Positions 39,960 through 51,100 of a DNA stretch of 64,000 bases are shown piece after piece. This stretch comes from Candidatus Spongiisociaceae bacterium. Lineage in GTDB: Bacteria > Actinomycetota > Acidimicrobiia > Spongiisociales > Spongiisociaceae. The translations under genes and the position numbers were made by a program. Numbering within the stretch: position 1 is the stretch's first letter; every line of letters starts with the position of its first letter. The stretch is from contig OZ241841.1 of the NCBI GenBank assembly GCA_965202665.1, forward strand, positions 1,728,001-1,792,000, given 5' to 3'. Below the pieces are notes generated by a model that did not search any database, had not been told where the DNA came from, and saw only the letters and a list, made by a program, of their open reading frames with translations.

Positions 39960-42674
39960 TCAGGAGGACGGGGTTGCGTCTCCGCCCGCATCCGCATCCG
40001 GATCGGGGGAGTCCGGGGAGCGGGGGGCGGCGGGGGGAACCGGGGCGAAGTAGCCGACTACCAGCAACAGCGCCCCCACCCCCAGGAAGGACACCACCCT
40101 GGTCAGGGCCCCGGTGTTGCCCAGGTCGATCAGGAAAAGTTTGACCACCACCACCCCCATCAGGGACGCCCCGGCGATCCAGCCCGCCCGCTGCGCCTTC
40201 CACTTGCCGAAGATCATCCCCCCCAGCCCGGCCAGGCCCCACAGGATGGACAGGGCGGCCTGCAAGATGGTGGAGCCGAACAGATCCCCGAAGGTGAACG
40301 GCGCCTCCCGCCAGTGGTGGACGGTGCGGGCCGCGGTCATGGTCAGCACGATCATCCCCATGGCGGCGGTCCATCCCAGCCAGTTCCGCCGCACCGCGGA
40401 CAGGGCCGGGCCTTGATAGCGGCCGGTGCGTTTCCGCCACCAGAAGGCCGCCGCAACCAGCAACACGCTCACCGCCTCCAAAGGATTAAGCAACGGAAGA
40501 TAGGGCCACGGGGCGGGGTCGCCGTCCGAGAAAATATTGAGAACCACCGCCGCTACGGCCAGCCCGGCCAGTATCGCGCCCGACCCGGAAGCGAGGTAGA
40601 TGCGCCGGCGGATCCCCAACGGCCAACCGTTTTCCCCGGCGCCGAGCAGGGGAAGGGCCGCCACCGCCAGCGCCGCCGCCAAAGAGGCCGCCGCCGGCCA
40701 GACGCCGCCGCCCGCCCGCCCGGCCAGCCAGTGAACCTCCGCCCCGATCAGCAACGCCAACCCCCAAAACCCGCCGCTGTGCAAAACGGCGAGCAATTTG
40801 GGAAACATTTCTTCCCGCAGCCGCAGGAACAGGTAGAGCGCCCCGAAGGCCAACGGCCAAGCCGCCCATCCGTAATCGTCCAACGGGTGGGAAAGATCAA
40901 ATTCGCCCCCGCTCCGCACCGCCAAAGCCAGGAAGAGGAATATCGCTATCAAAGGAAGGAGCAGGGTTCCCAGAACGTTCAATTTGGGCCAGCGCACCGC
41001 CGGTGCCGCCAGGAATCCGGCCCCCAGCGCCGCGGCGACCACAGCCATCGAACCGTACAGTTCGGCGGAGCCCAGTTGGTTGACCGCTTCCATGACCAGG
41101 CCCCCCAGCAGCCAACCCGCGCCCCAGGACATTCCCAGCCAAGCCGCCTGCGACGCGGTTTCCGATCGGTGGCGCCCCCGGTCCAGCAACCAGGCCGAGA
41201 ACAGCCCGGCGGCGGCCAGCAACAGGGCCCCCGGCAGGTAGCGGTTGGCTACCGGGAGGGCGCCGTCCGGGTAGGGGAGTTGGCCGGCGAGGAACCACGC
41301 AAAAGAAATCCCGGCCAGGATTTGCAAGGCCCCTCCCCCCGCCGCCAGCCAGAACCGGTTGCGGCGCAGGTTGAGCCACACCATCGCCGCCCCCTGCGCC
41401 GCCCACGCCGCGGCCGTGTAATAGGCGTCGAAAGCCAGCGGGACGGCCAAGGCCAGAAAAACCGCGCCCAAACCGAGGTTGGATTCGCCCAGCGGACGGA
41501 GGTTCCGGCGGGGCGAGCGGGCGATCCGCCACAGCAGAAAGCAGAAGGCGGCCAGGCCCAGGGAGCTCCACGCCGGCCCGTAAGCGATGTGCCCCGCCAG
41601 CTGGTTCTGCAAGGCGAAGAAAACAAACGGGGTGCCGAAGGTCAAAGGCCCGTCGCTTATCCAGCGGCGGAAGGGGCCGTTTTCCGGACGGCGGGCGAGC
41701 AGCAGGGGGGCGGCCATGTAGGCGGCGGCGAACAGGGCGGGGAAGGGCCAAGCGGAGGCCAGCTGGTCGACCGTGTAGCGGAACAATATCCAATGGGCGC
41801 TGATCCCGAACGTGAACGCCCAACCCAGCAGGTTGAGCTCCGGCCACGTTTTGAACCAGGCGACGAACAGGATGGCCAAGTTGAGGGCCGACAGGAAGCC
41901 GAACAGGATCAGGTGGGAGCCGTCGTCCGCCGAAATCAGGACGGGGGCCAGGAAACCGCCGATGATGCCCAGCGTCGCCAACGAGCGGGAGTTTTGGACG
42001 ATGGCCAGAACCCCCGCCGCGGCGGTGACGACCGCCACCGAAGCGAAGGCCGGCGGAGCCGCCAGAACCTCATAGAGGACCAGCGAGGCGTACACGGCCA
42101 GGTACAGGACGGCCACGCCGCCTCCCTGCAGGCTGAGGGCGTAAACCAGGTTGCGGCCCCGCACCCATAACCCGATGGCCAACATGGCCAGGCCGCACGC
42201 CGCCACTACCGCCAGCCGCATTTCCAGGGTGAGTGTGATCCATCCCCGGTTCAGGGCCGTCTGGATCAGAAACCCCAGCCCGAGCAAGGACAGGATCACC
42301 CCCACCTTCACCGGAACGTTGCCGGTGGTGAACCATCTTTTGACCGCTCCCGCCGCCCGGCCGAAGGGAGACGGACCCGAGGCGCGCGGCGGAGGCGGTG
42401 GTGGTGGTGGCGGGGTCTTCGGCTCCGCCGGGGCCGCGGCCGGGACGGGGTCGGGTTCCCGAGGCGGCGGCGCGGGCGGAGGCTCCGCAACTTCCGGTTC
42501 CGGCGACGGCGGGGCGGCCGGGGTAGGGTAGGGGGGAGCAGGCCGGCCGGATTCCAAATGTTCCACCCGACGGCGCAGGTTGGCCGTTTGGACCAACAGC
42601 ACCACCAAGAGAACCGGCCCCGCAACCAGCACGATGAACAACAGAAAAGCCAGCAAACCTATCATCCCGGGCAC
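39960..42674 (-). CDS. DUF2339-like predicted membrane protein
   Basis: Pro-rich N-region, WFTTGNVPVKVG, GGFLAPVL, many TM helices, KLFLIDLGNTGALTRVVSFLGVG...GYFAPVPP C-terminus. Confidence 0.82.
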   Translation of the reverse strand: MPGMIGLLAFLLFIVLVAGPVLLVVLLVQTANLRRRVEHLESGRPAPPYPTPAAPPSPEPEVAEPPPAPPPREPDPVPAAAPAEPKTPPPPPPPPPRASGPSPFGRAAGAVKRWFTTGNVPVKVGVILSLLGLGFLIQTALNRGWITLTLEMRLAVVAACGLAMLAIGLWVRGRNLVYALSLQGGGVAVLYLAVYASLVLYEVLAAPPAFASVAVVTAAAGVLAIVQNSRSLATLGIIGGFLAPVLISADDGSHLILFGFLSALNLAILFVAWFKTWPELNLLGWAFTFGISAHWILFRYTVDQLASAWPFPALFAAAYMAAPLLLARRPENGPFRRWISDGPLTFGTPFVFFALQNQLAGHIAYGPAWSSLGLAAFCFLLWRIARSPRRNLRPLGESNLGLGAVFLALAVPLAFDAYYTAAAWAAQGAAMVWLNLRRNRFWLAAGGGALQILAGISFAWFLAGQLPYPDGALPVANRYLPGALLLAAAGLFSAWLLDRGRHRSETASQAAWLGMSWGAGWLLGGLVMEAVNQLGSAELYGSMAVVAAALGAGFLAAPAVRWPKLNVLGTLLLPLIAIFLFLALAVRSGGEFDLSHPLDDYGWAAWPLAFGALYLFLRLREEMFPKLLAVLHSGGFWGLALLIGAEVHWLAGRAGGGVWPAAASLAAALAVAALPLLGAGENGWPLGIRRRIYLASGSGAILAGLAVAAVVLNIFSDGDPAPWPYLPLLNPLEAVSVLLVAAAFWWRKRTGRYQGPALSAVRRNWLGWTAAMGMIVLTMTAARTVHHWREAPFTFGDLFGSTILQAALSILWGLAGLGGMIFGKWKAQRAGWIAGASLMGVVVVKLFLIDLGNTGALTRVVSFLGVGALLLVVGYFAPVPPAAPRSPDSPDPDADAGGDATPSS

Positions 42675-42748
42675 CTCCCGTCGCCGATGCTAGTCCCCGG
42701 AGACAGGTGCGGGGAGCGGCTTAGTCCGCAAAACCCGCCCCCGGAGCC

Positions 42749-42927
42749 GGGGAGTCCGGGGAGCGGGGGGAACCGGGGCGAAGTAGCCGACCACCGACAA
42801 CAGCGCGCCCACCCCCGGGAAGGAAACCACCCTGGTCAGGGCCCCGGTGTTGCCCAGGTCCATCAGGAAAAGTTTGACCACCACCATCAGGGACGCCCCG
42901 GCGATCCAGCCCGCCCGTTGCCCTTTC
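42749..42927 (-). pseudogene. Diverged duplicate of the 3' end of the DUF2339-like gene
   Basis: Aligns with 40006-40200 with substitutions and small deletions. Confidence 0.85.
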
Positions 42928-42954
42928 GCCCGAGCCCGCCCCGATAAAAACGTT

Positions 42955-42996
42955 CCCCCGCCCCAAGCGCAACCCCCTAATCCCACGCGAAGAGCC
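42955..42996 (-). mobile_element. ISL3 left-end remnant
   Basis: Reverse complement GGCTCTTCGCGTGGGATTAGGGGGTTGCGCTTGGGGCGGGG resembles 58344-58404. Confidence 0.6.
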
Positions 42997-43009
42997 CTTA
43001 ACAGGAGGA

Positions 43010-43035
43010 GCCTCCCCCGCTCAGCGGGGGAGGCC
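43010..43035 (-). terminator. Hairpin downstream of surface-protein copy A
   Basis: GCCTCCCCCGC-tca-GCGGGGGGAGGC; shared by all three copies. Confidence 0.7.
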
Positions 43036-43909
43036 TCCTGGCGTGTTGGGTTGCGTGAAAGGCTTATCGGGTGATCTGGTAAACAGTCAGCAACCGAGGA
43101 CTGCTCCCCATAGGCGCGTCGTCAACCGTGCCCTCTTCCCTTATACCGGAGTACAGGGCACCAGATGTTTTGTCGTAGGTGGTCTGCCATCCCAGACGGG
43201 CGTTGACCCGGGGACCCAGGAACTCTTCGTCCGGGGTGCTGTCGGTAGCCCATCCGGTTGCGGGCTTCGTGAAGGTCACCACCGAACCCCGGAAGTCGCC
43301 TTCCTGTCGATAATGACGACCGGCCGCGATCTCCGAACCGTCGCTTTTGATGGCGACGTACTGGCCGAACACATCCTGATTTCTGGGAGATGATACGGTC
43401 AGATTAAATCCGGCGGTAGCCGCAATCGAATCAGCATGTTGGGCGTGTAAAACCCCCCAGCCGTCCGCATGGTCAGGCTTAACGTACACGCGCATCGAAC
43501 CGGGCACGTTAGCCTGAGCCTGGAAGTGGTTGGAGATGACGAGGGTGTTTCCATCCTCGGAGAGGGCCACGTACTTGCCAAACTCATTGTAGGCGGGTTG
43601 CGCTAAGCGGTTAGCCCATTTGGCATGGCCATCTGCATGGGTGGCGTCACCGATATCCGTCCAACCACCAGCGGGCTTGACATACAAGAATACCAATCCT
43701 AGACAGACACCGGAAGAAAGACTGCAGTGGGTGGAGGCGATCGTGTCCCCATCTCCGTCGATGGCAATGGACCGCTCGTTGTTCCAACCAGTGCCGACAA
43801 ACAACACATGAGTGTCGGCATCGGTGTGATCGTTATCGTCATCCCAATTACCGGCCGTGGGATTCGCGGGTTTTTCGTATACCAACACTGCCCCGCTGCT
43901 ATCGCTAGC

Positions 43910-44985
43910 TGTACTTGGCCAGGACGTTGGTGACGGTTTGGTTGTTGCATAAGTGAAGACCTCCTGGTGTTATGGGGAGTGAAAGCACCCTATAGCACGG
44001 GAGGAGGTCTTCAGGGATGCATGGTAACGCGAGGTCGTCGCCTTTGGGACGTTTGGGGATGGTGTTGCGGGTGATAGAAGAAGGGGAACCGGTAGCGCGG
44101 GTGGCTCGGGGGATGGGCCTGTCCCGGCAGTGCGTGTCCAAGTGGGTGCGCCGCTACCGGGAAGAAGGCCAAGCCGGTTTGGAAGACCGGTCGTCTCGGC
44201 CGCGTTGTTCCCCTATGCGTACCAGCCCGGAGGTGGAAGAGCTGGTGCTGCGGGCGCGGCGGCGGTTGCGGGCGGGGCCCGCTCGGTTGTCGGCGTTTAC
44301 GGGGGTGCCGGAGCGGACGATCAGCCGTATCCTCCGCCGCCATGGAGTGTTGCGTCTGTGGGAATGCGACCCGCTGACCGGCGAACCGCTCAAGTCCCCT
44401 CCCGGGCCGGTGGTGCGGTATGAACGGGACAGGCCTGGTGAGTTGCTGCATATGGATGTTAAGAAGCTTTCTTCCATACCGCCCGGCGGGGGATGGAAGG
44501 TACACGGCCGGGGCAACGCCCCCGCCAGCGGAGCGGGATGGACTTTTGTGCACTCTGTCGTGGACGACTACACCCGCCTCGCCTACTCCGAAACGCTATC
44601 AGACGAGAAAGGAACCACCGTCGCCGCGTTCACCGCCCGCGCCCTCAACCACTTCCGCCAACTAGGCATAACCCACATCGCGGAGATCATGACCGACAAC
44701 CACTGGAGCTACACCCGCAGCCGCCTATTCTCTTCCCTGCTCGCCCAGCACGACATCCGTCATATCACGATCAGACCGTATCATCCCCAGCAGAACGGCA
44801 AAGTGGAACGATACAACCAAACCCTCAAACGAGAATGGGCCAACTCCCAATCCTGGCCCGACAACCAAACCCGAAACCAAGCCCTCCGCCACTGGCTCCA
44901 CTACTACAATAACCACCGGCCCCACTACAGCCTCGGAGGCAAACCACCAACCTCCAGACTGTAACCAACCTATTGGCCATGTACA
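43910..44985 (+). mobile_element. IS481-family insertion sequence, complete
   Basis: TGT...ACA ends; imperfect IRs TGTACTTGGCCA..GTTGGTGAC / TGTACATGGCCA..GTTGGTTAC; 6-bp TSD GCTAGC at 43904-43909 and 44986-44991. Confidence 0.95.
44017..44964 (+). CDS. IS481 family transposase
   Basis: MHGNA, KWVRRYREEG..GLEDRSSRP, HMDVKKL, VDDYTRLAY, MTDN, PQQNGKVERYN, YNNHRPH. Confidence 0.96.
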   Translation: MHGNARSSPLGRLGMVLRVIEEGEPVARVARGMGLSRQCVSKWVRRYREEGQAGLEDRSSRPRCSPMRTSPEVEELVLRARRRLRAGPARLSAFTGVPERTISRILRRHGVLRLWECDPLTGEPLKSPPGPVVRYERDRPGELLHMDVKKLSSIPPGGGWKVHGRGNAPASGAGWTFVHSVVDDYTRLAYSETLSDEKGTTVAAFTARALNHFRQLGITHIAEIMTDNHWSYTRSRLFSSLLAQHDIRHITIRPYHPQQNGKVERYNQTLKREWANSQSWPDNQTRNQALRHWLHYYNNHRPHYSLGGKPPTSRL

Positions 44986-47071
44986 GCTAGCCGGTGCTGC
45001 TACTGCGATGGTGGAGCCGTCGGAGGATATGGCAACCCCCTCCCCGAAACCATGGTTGAAGGGGTTGGTAGCAGACGGTTCTAGGGTGGCGTCTAGCGAC
45101 CAAGTGCCATTGCTTTGACGGGTGTAGACATAGACTTTTTTGAGTCCTTCTCGGCTTCCGACTACTACCGTGTCGCCGCTGATGTCCACATCCCACCCGA
45201 AGTAACCATTTTGCATGATGGTTGGGGGGGTGAGTTTGACGATGGCGCTGGCGGCGGTGTTCATCCCGTTGGGGTAGATGTACACCATCCCCGCCCTAGT
45301 ACGCGTCACGTCATCTGCAGCATCGTTGTTGCCCATGTCGTCTACAACGCTTTCGTAAGAGGCTCCGACGACTATTACTCCGTTGTCGGCTGCTACGGCT
45401 TGCCCGTAGCGGGCGATGGCCCCGGCCCTGGCCCCGTCGGGGTGGTTGAGGCTGGGCCATTCCTCCTGCAAAGCGAAGGTGCTGACTTTGCCCGCTTCGT
45501 CCTGGTAGGCGGTTACTTTCAGGTGAGCCCCCGCCGGGTCGGCGTCCTCCGCTAAGGGTTTCTCGAACTCGGCCATCACGGTGGGTCCGTCGAAGTTGGA
45601 GAACTGGTCGTTGGCGTCGTATTTGACCAGCATCAGTTTCTCCTCAGCGGCTACTACCAGCTGGTCGTTGTCGGGGTCTTTCACCAGGATGCGGCCGGTG
45701 AACGGCGCCCCGTCCGGTTCCTCCACCCAGTAATGGTAGACACGAGCCTCATGGGAGTTCAGATCAATGTCGACGCCGTCGTTTTCAGGCCGATCTTCGC
45801 TACCGTCCGCTACTCCCACCACCTCGCTGAAGGTGGCCCAGATGGTTTCGATGACGCTGTCGGTGCTGTCGTAGTTGTAACCGAGGTTGGCCCGGCCGTC
45901 CCGTCCGGTGGTCCGCGTATACCGGCCCGTACCCGACAGCGTACGCTTCCCGCCGGATGAGCCGACGGTGATACCGGCGGGCGCGGTGGAACCCACCCCC
46001 AAAATAACGGAGCAATCCGCGTCCTCATCTTTGGCCTTGGTGCACAAAGAGTCGGAAAGGAAACTGATCCGTTTGCCGCGTACTGGGTCGCCGAACTGGT
46101 CGGTCAGTGTGGCCGTGACCGTGTTGCCGGCCCCTTGGCCTTCGTCCGACGCCAGAACGAACTCGTTGCGGGATGTGACCGTCAGCGTGGCCGGCCTCGG
46201 CGCTTCGTCCGACCAGCTGTAGGTGTCGGAGGAGAAGTCGCTTCCGTCCTCGTTTTTGAACGGCAACCCGGCCGGCGGGTTGGTCAACGTCAACGTCACC
46301 GTCGCGCTGTCGCCGGTGTTGGTGCTGGGATCGGTTTGGGTGAATTCCAAAACGATTTTCCCGTCGGCGTCGGTCGTCATGCTGTTGGTGGAGGACGTGG
46401 TGTTGTCCCCCACCGTAGTGCTCTGCGCGACGGTTACCCGTTTGCCTTTGTCGGCTACGGCTTTGTCGTCCGGGTCGGCGATTTGGATGGTGACGGTGAC
46501 GGTTTCCCCGAACTTGGAGCGGGTCTGCCCTTCCTCCAAGTTGTCGGTCACCAAAGTTTGGGTGGCCGCTTTGGAGAACCCGACGGTCAGTTGGGCGCGG
46601 GTGGTGTCATCGGAGTCGAACTTGTCGCCCCGGTCGCCGGTCCAGGCCCACACCGTCGCGTCCGCGTCCGTGATCTGCAAGGACAAATCGGTGAGGTCCC
46701 CCGACGCGTCGGTGGTGCTGTCCCCCAAATCCACCTCGCACGCCGTCTGCCCCACTTGCCCCACCCGATTCACATTCGCCGTAACGCACGCCCCGTCGTC
46801 CCCGAACGCCTCATCCGCGTCAGCGGAACGGAACACGTCCACCGACGCGTCCTGCACCGGCTGGAAGTTCACATCCCGCACCGACACAATCAACGGCACG
46901 CCCTGCGCCCCCAGCACCATATCCTGCTCGCTCTGAATCGACACCCCCGCCGGACGGGCGATGGTATGCGCAAACGCCCGGGTGATGAACGACGCCGAAT
47001 ACATCGGAGCGAAATCAATGTCCTCCTCCTTACCATGCGTCCCCACCGCACCCGGAGGAGAAACCCCCAAC

Positions 47072-47400
47072 CGAACATCAAGCGGGCGCACCGCCACCGG
47101 CAGGAGAGGAAGACCGGTCTGGGAAGACCGGTCATCGCGGCCGCGCGTTCCCCGGGCGTGCGCCACCCCAGCGACGGAAGAAGAACAGGTGTTACGCACG
47201 CGGCGGGCCTTCCCGAGCGGGTTGCCGACGTCGATGGGCAGCCGGGGAGCTGGCTATCAACCGCATCCTCCGCCGCGATGGGAAACGCTACTCTGCAGGA
47301 ATCCGATCAGCTGACCGGCGAGCCGCTCAGAACCAGTCCCGGGCGGATGGTGCGGCATGAGCGCGGCAGGCCGGGAAAGTCGCCGCACAGGAACGTTGAC
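47072..47400 (+). pseudogene. Degenerate IS481 transposase fragment abutting the 5' end of copy A
   Basis: DQLTGEPLRTSPGRMVRHERGRPG matches DPLTGEPLKSPPGPVVRYERDRPG; frameshifted. Confidence 0.75.
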
Positions 47401-47993
47401 AACCGTCTTGTTTTGAACCCCTTCACCGGCTCGCGGTGCCCGCGCTGAATGAAACCACCACCCGGATTTGAAATCGACGAACAGATGGCGAGGCGGCGGA
47501 CAGGCGGATAGCCGACTGTCGATGAAGCTGTCCTCCGTCCCCAACTGGAAAATGCCTACCGGAAGGCCGTTCGCATCCCAGCCCCTCGTCAGACCGCGCA
47601 AAGCCCGCTTCCGTCGTCATCCGCAGTTCGTCCAGTCGTCTGCCCCGCTTCGCCGCGGGGCGACGAGGCGGGTGAGAACTTGGCGGGAGTCTGGCCGCCC
47701 TCCTTAATACATGGGACCCGCTCTCCGCTCCGAAGTGCCGGCTCATCCATCTCGCAACTGAGCAAACGCCCGCTCCCCGCTTGTTGGAACCGAAACGCGG
47801 CCGAGCGAACCTACCGCACCGTTCTTGGGCCGCCGATGTTTGCGCCGGGCGGCCGGCGGGCCGGCGGGAGGCGTCGGCGCCGGTTGGGATGGCGTTGGAG
47901 AGCCCGGCGCGGCGTGCGGTTTTGCCGTCCCGGCCAGCGGCCGCGACCGGCTTCTCGGGCCGGGCCGAAAATCGTTTTAAGAAATTTCCGATT

Positions 47994-48026
47994 TTGACTT
48001 GACAAGTTTTTTGGGGACGCTAATGT
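47994..48026 (+). promoter_or_regulatory. Probable promoter of surface-protein copy B
   Basis: TTGACA (47999-48004) in an AT-rich patch; TAATGT 16 bp downstream; AAGGAG RBS at 48102-48107. Confidence 0.55.
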
Positions 48027-48115
48027 ATCGCGTGTTGAGGCGTAGGCCCCGGTATTGCCCTCCGGTAGCCAGCGTGTTAGGCAAACGAAAAATGGGCTTG
48101 GAAGGAGTAGTCGTG

Positions 48116-51100
48116 ATGGCGAAAGTGTCGGGTCGGGTTTGGATGGTGGGTCTTTTAGTGTTGGGTTTGGTGGTGAGTTTGTTGGGGGTTTCTCCTCCGG
48201 GTGCGGTGGGGACGCATGGGGAGGAGGAGGACATTGATTTCGCTCCCATGTATTCGGCGTGCGTGGGGCGGGCGACGGATTCGGCCGGTTTTGAGGACAC
48301 GGCGGGCATCGGCGCGGAGGAGGCGATTGATTGCTTGTTCCATTATGGGATCACGAAAGGCCGGTCGGAGACCATGTACGCTCCGTCGGAGTCGGTGCTG
48401 CGGTGGCAGATGGCCCTGTTTTTGGCCCGGGCGTCGATGGCGGCGGGGATCGTGTTGGACAACCCGGCTGAGGATCAGGGGTTCACGGACATCAGCGCGG
48501 TGTCGGAAGAGGCCCAAAACGCCATCAACGGTTTAGCCAAAGAAGGGATCATGCCCGGCACGTCCGCGACGACGTTCAGCCCGAATTCGTCAGTGAACCG
48601 GGGTTCCATGGCGATGCTGCTGGACGCGTTCCTTTCCAAGGCCACTCCGGGGACGGGGGCGTTCGGGGAAGCGACGGAGAAGTACGCGGATGTAAAAGCC
48701 GACAACTTCAACGTGTTCACGGATGTGAACACGGTGTCGCTGAACACCTACAACGCCATATACCGCATTTACGAGCTGGGGGTCACGAAAGGGGTGGCGG
48801 AACATCAGTTCAACCCGGCCGGGCTGGTAACGCGGGGGCAGATGGCGTCGTTCATCACCCGGGCGTTTGCTCATACCATCGCCCGTCCGGCGGGGGTGTC
48901 GATTCAGAGCGAGCAGGATATGGTGCTGGGGGCGCAGGGCGTGCCGTTGATTGTGTCGGTGCGGGATGTGAACTTCCAGCCGGTGCAGGACGCGTCGGTG
49001 GACGTGTTCCGTTCCGCTGACGCGGATGAGGCGTTCGGGGACGACGGGGCGTGCGTTACGGCGAATGTGAATCGGGTGGGGCAAGTGGGGCAGACGGCGT
49101 GCGAGGTGGATTTGGGGGACAGCACCACCGACGCGTCGGGGGACCTCACCGATTTGTCCTTGCAGATCACGGACGCGGACGCGACGGTGTGGGCCTGGAC
49201 CGGCGACCGGGGCGACAAGTTCGACTCCGATGACACCACCCGCGCCCAACTGACCGTCGGGTTCTCCAAAGCGGCCACCCAAACTTTGGTGACCGACAAC
49301 TTGGAGGAAGGGCAGACCCGCTCCAAGTTCGGGGAAACCGTCACCGTCACCATCCAAATCGCCGACCCGGACGACAAAGCCGTAGCCGACAAAGGCAAAC
49401 GGGTAACCGTCGCGCAGAGCACTACGGTGGGGGACAACACCACGTCCTCCACCAACAGCATGACGACCGACGCCGACGGGAAAATCGTTTTGGAATTCAC
49501 CCAAACCGATCCCAGCACCAACACCGGCGACAGCGCGACGGTGACGTTGACGTTGACCAACCCGCCGGCCGGGTTGCCGTTCAAAAACGAGGACGGAAGC
49601 GACTTCTCCTCCGACACCTACAGCTGGTCGGACGAAGCGCCGAGGCCGGCCACGCTGACGGTCACATCCCGCAACGAGTTCGTTCTGGCGTCGGACGAAG
49701 GCCAAGGGGCCGGCAACACGGTCACGGCCACACTGACCGACCAGTTCGGCGACCCAGTACGCGGCAAACGGATCACGTTCACCTCCGACACTCTGTGCGT
49801 GAAGAAGCAACCGACTGACGCGGAGTGCGTCACGCACGGCGTGGGCGCCAACAACTACATGCGCACCACCGGACGGGACGGCCGGGCCAACCTCGGTTAC
49901 AACTACGACAACACGAACAGCGTCATCGAGGCCATCCGGGCCACCTACACCTACGTCGGCACCGAGGGAGTGCGGGGAGTGGTCGACACCACCGACCCCC
50001 TTCCCATGGGCGACCCGAAGGACGAGACCGTGTTGACGTCTGAGCCCGTTCACCATTACTGGGTGGAGGAACCGACCGGGGACCCGTTCACCGGGCGCAT
50101 CTTGGTGAAAGACCCCGACAACGACCAGGTGGTGGTAGCCGCTGAAGAGAAACTGATGCTGGTCAAATACGACGGGAACGACCAGTTCAACCTCGAGTCG
50201 GGAACCACCATCTTCTCCGAGTTCGAGAAACTGCTGGAAGAAAACGCCGACCCGGCGGGAGCCCACCTGAAGGTAACCTCCTACGAAGACGCCGCCGCCG
50301 ACGTTAGCGTCTTCACCGTACAAGAAGAATGGCCCGGCCTAGACCACCCCGCAGGCGCCAACGGCCGCTTCAACTACCCAATCGTGGTAGCCGACAACGG
50401 CATAATCGTCGTCGGGCATTACCTTGAGACGGTGACGTCGGGCGGCACCCAGATGCCACATGCGGGCGCAGTTTACATTTATCCGAACGGGATGGACACC
50501 GCCGCGAACAATATCGTGAAGCTGACCGCCCCCACTCCTTTCGCTTGCGGGTATTTCGGATATGATGTGGACATCACCGACAACACGGTGGTAGTCGGCA
50601 ACGCGTTCGTCGGCATCGACTCCGGTAGGTTGCGTCCGGTGGTGGGATTGGGCGAGGGTCAAACTTGCGCTATGTCCTCCTCCTATGAGAAAAAGGTCTA
50701 CGTGTACACCCGCACAGATAGCGGATGGCCCATCGACGCCACATTTACCAGCGTCGATGCCCAGAACAACACTGGTTTCGGGGAGGGGGTGGCTATCTCC
50801 TCCGATGGTTCCACCATCGCGGTGGTAGGACCCGGCTCGAATAATAATGGGGCCGTGTTCGTGTTCGAGAAGCCCCAAACCGGAGGCTGGGTGGACAACA
50901 CCACCGCCGGTCAAGGCCGTCTGAGGGGCGGTGGCGGCGATGGGGTCGGATGGATTCGAACCGAACGGTCTGTCGCTATCTCCGGGGACGGTTCGGTAAT
51001 CGCCGCTGGCGGTTGCAACAACGAAGGCAGCACCGGCACGTGCGGAGGGTGGCTGTATGTGTACGAGAAGGACCCCACCGCCAGCTGGGACGGGGTCACC

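Larger units (their letters stand above)
43064..47071 (-). pseudogene. SLH/FG-GAP surface protein copy A (silent cassette: no start, SLH region deleted, IS481-interrupted)
   Basis: Matches copy B from 48181; in-frame 588-bp deletion; removing the IS plus one TSD restores the frame (IAVAAPAS-DSSGAVLVYEK); ends LLTVYQITR. Confidence 0.88.

Noticed and set aside
39918-42170. Long antisense and alternative-frame ORFs (e.g. 39918-42170 +, 19820-21664 -, 48590-50323 -, 61-1338 +)
   Set aside because: Shadow ORFs of GC-rich genes; Arg/Pro/Gly-rich, without motifs, and overlapping well-supported genes.
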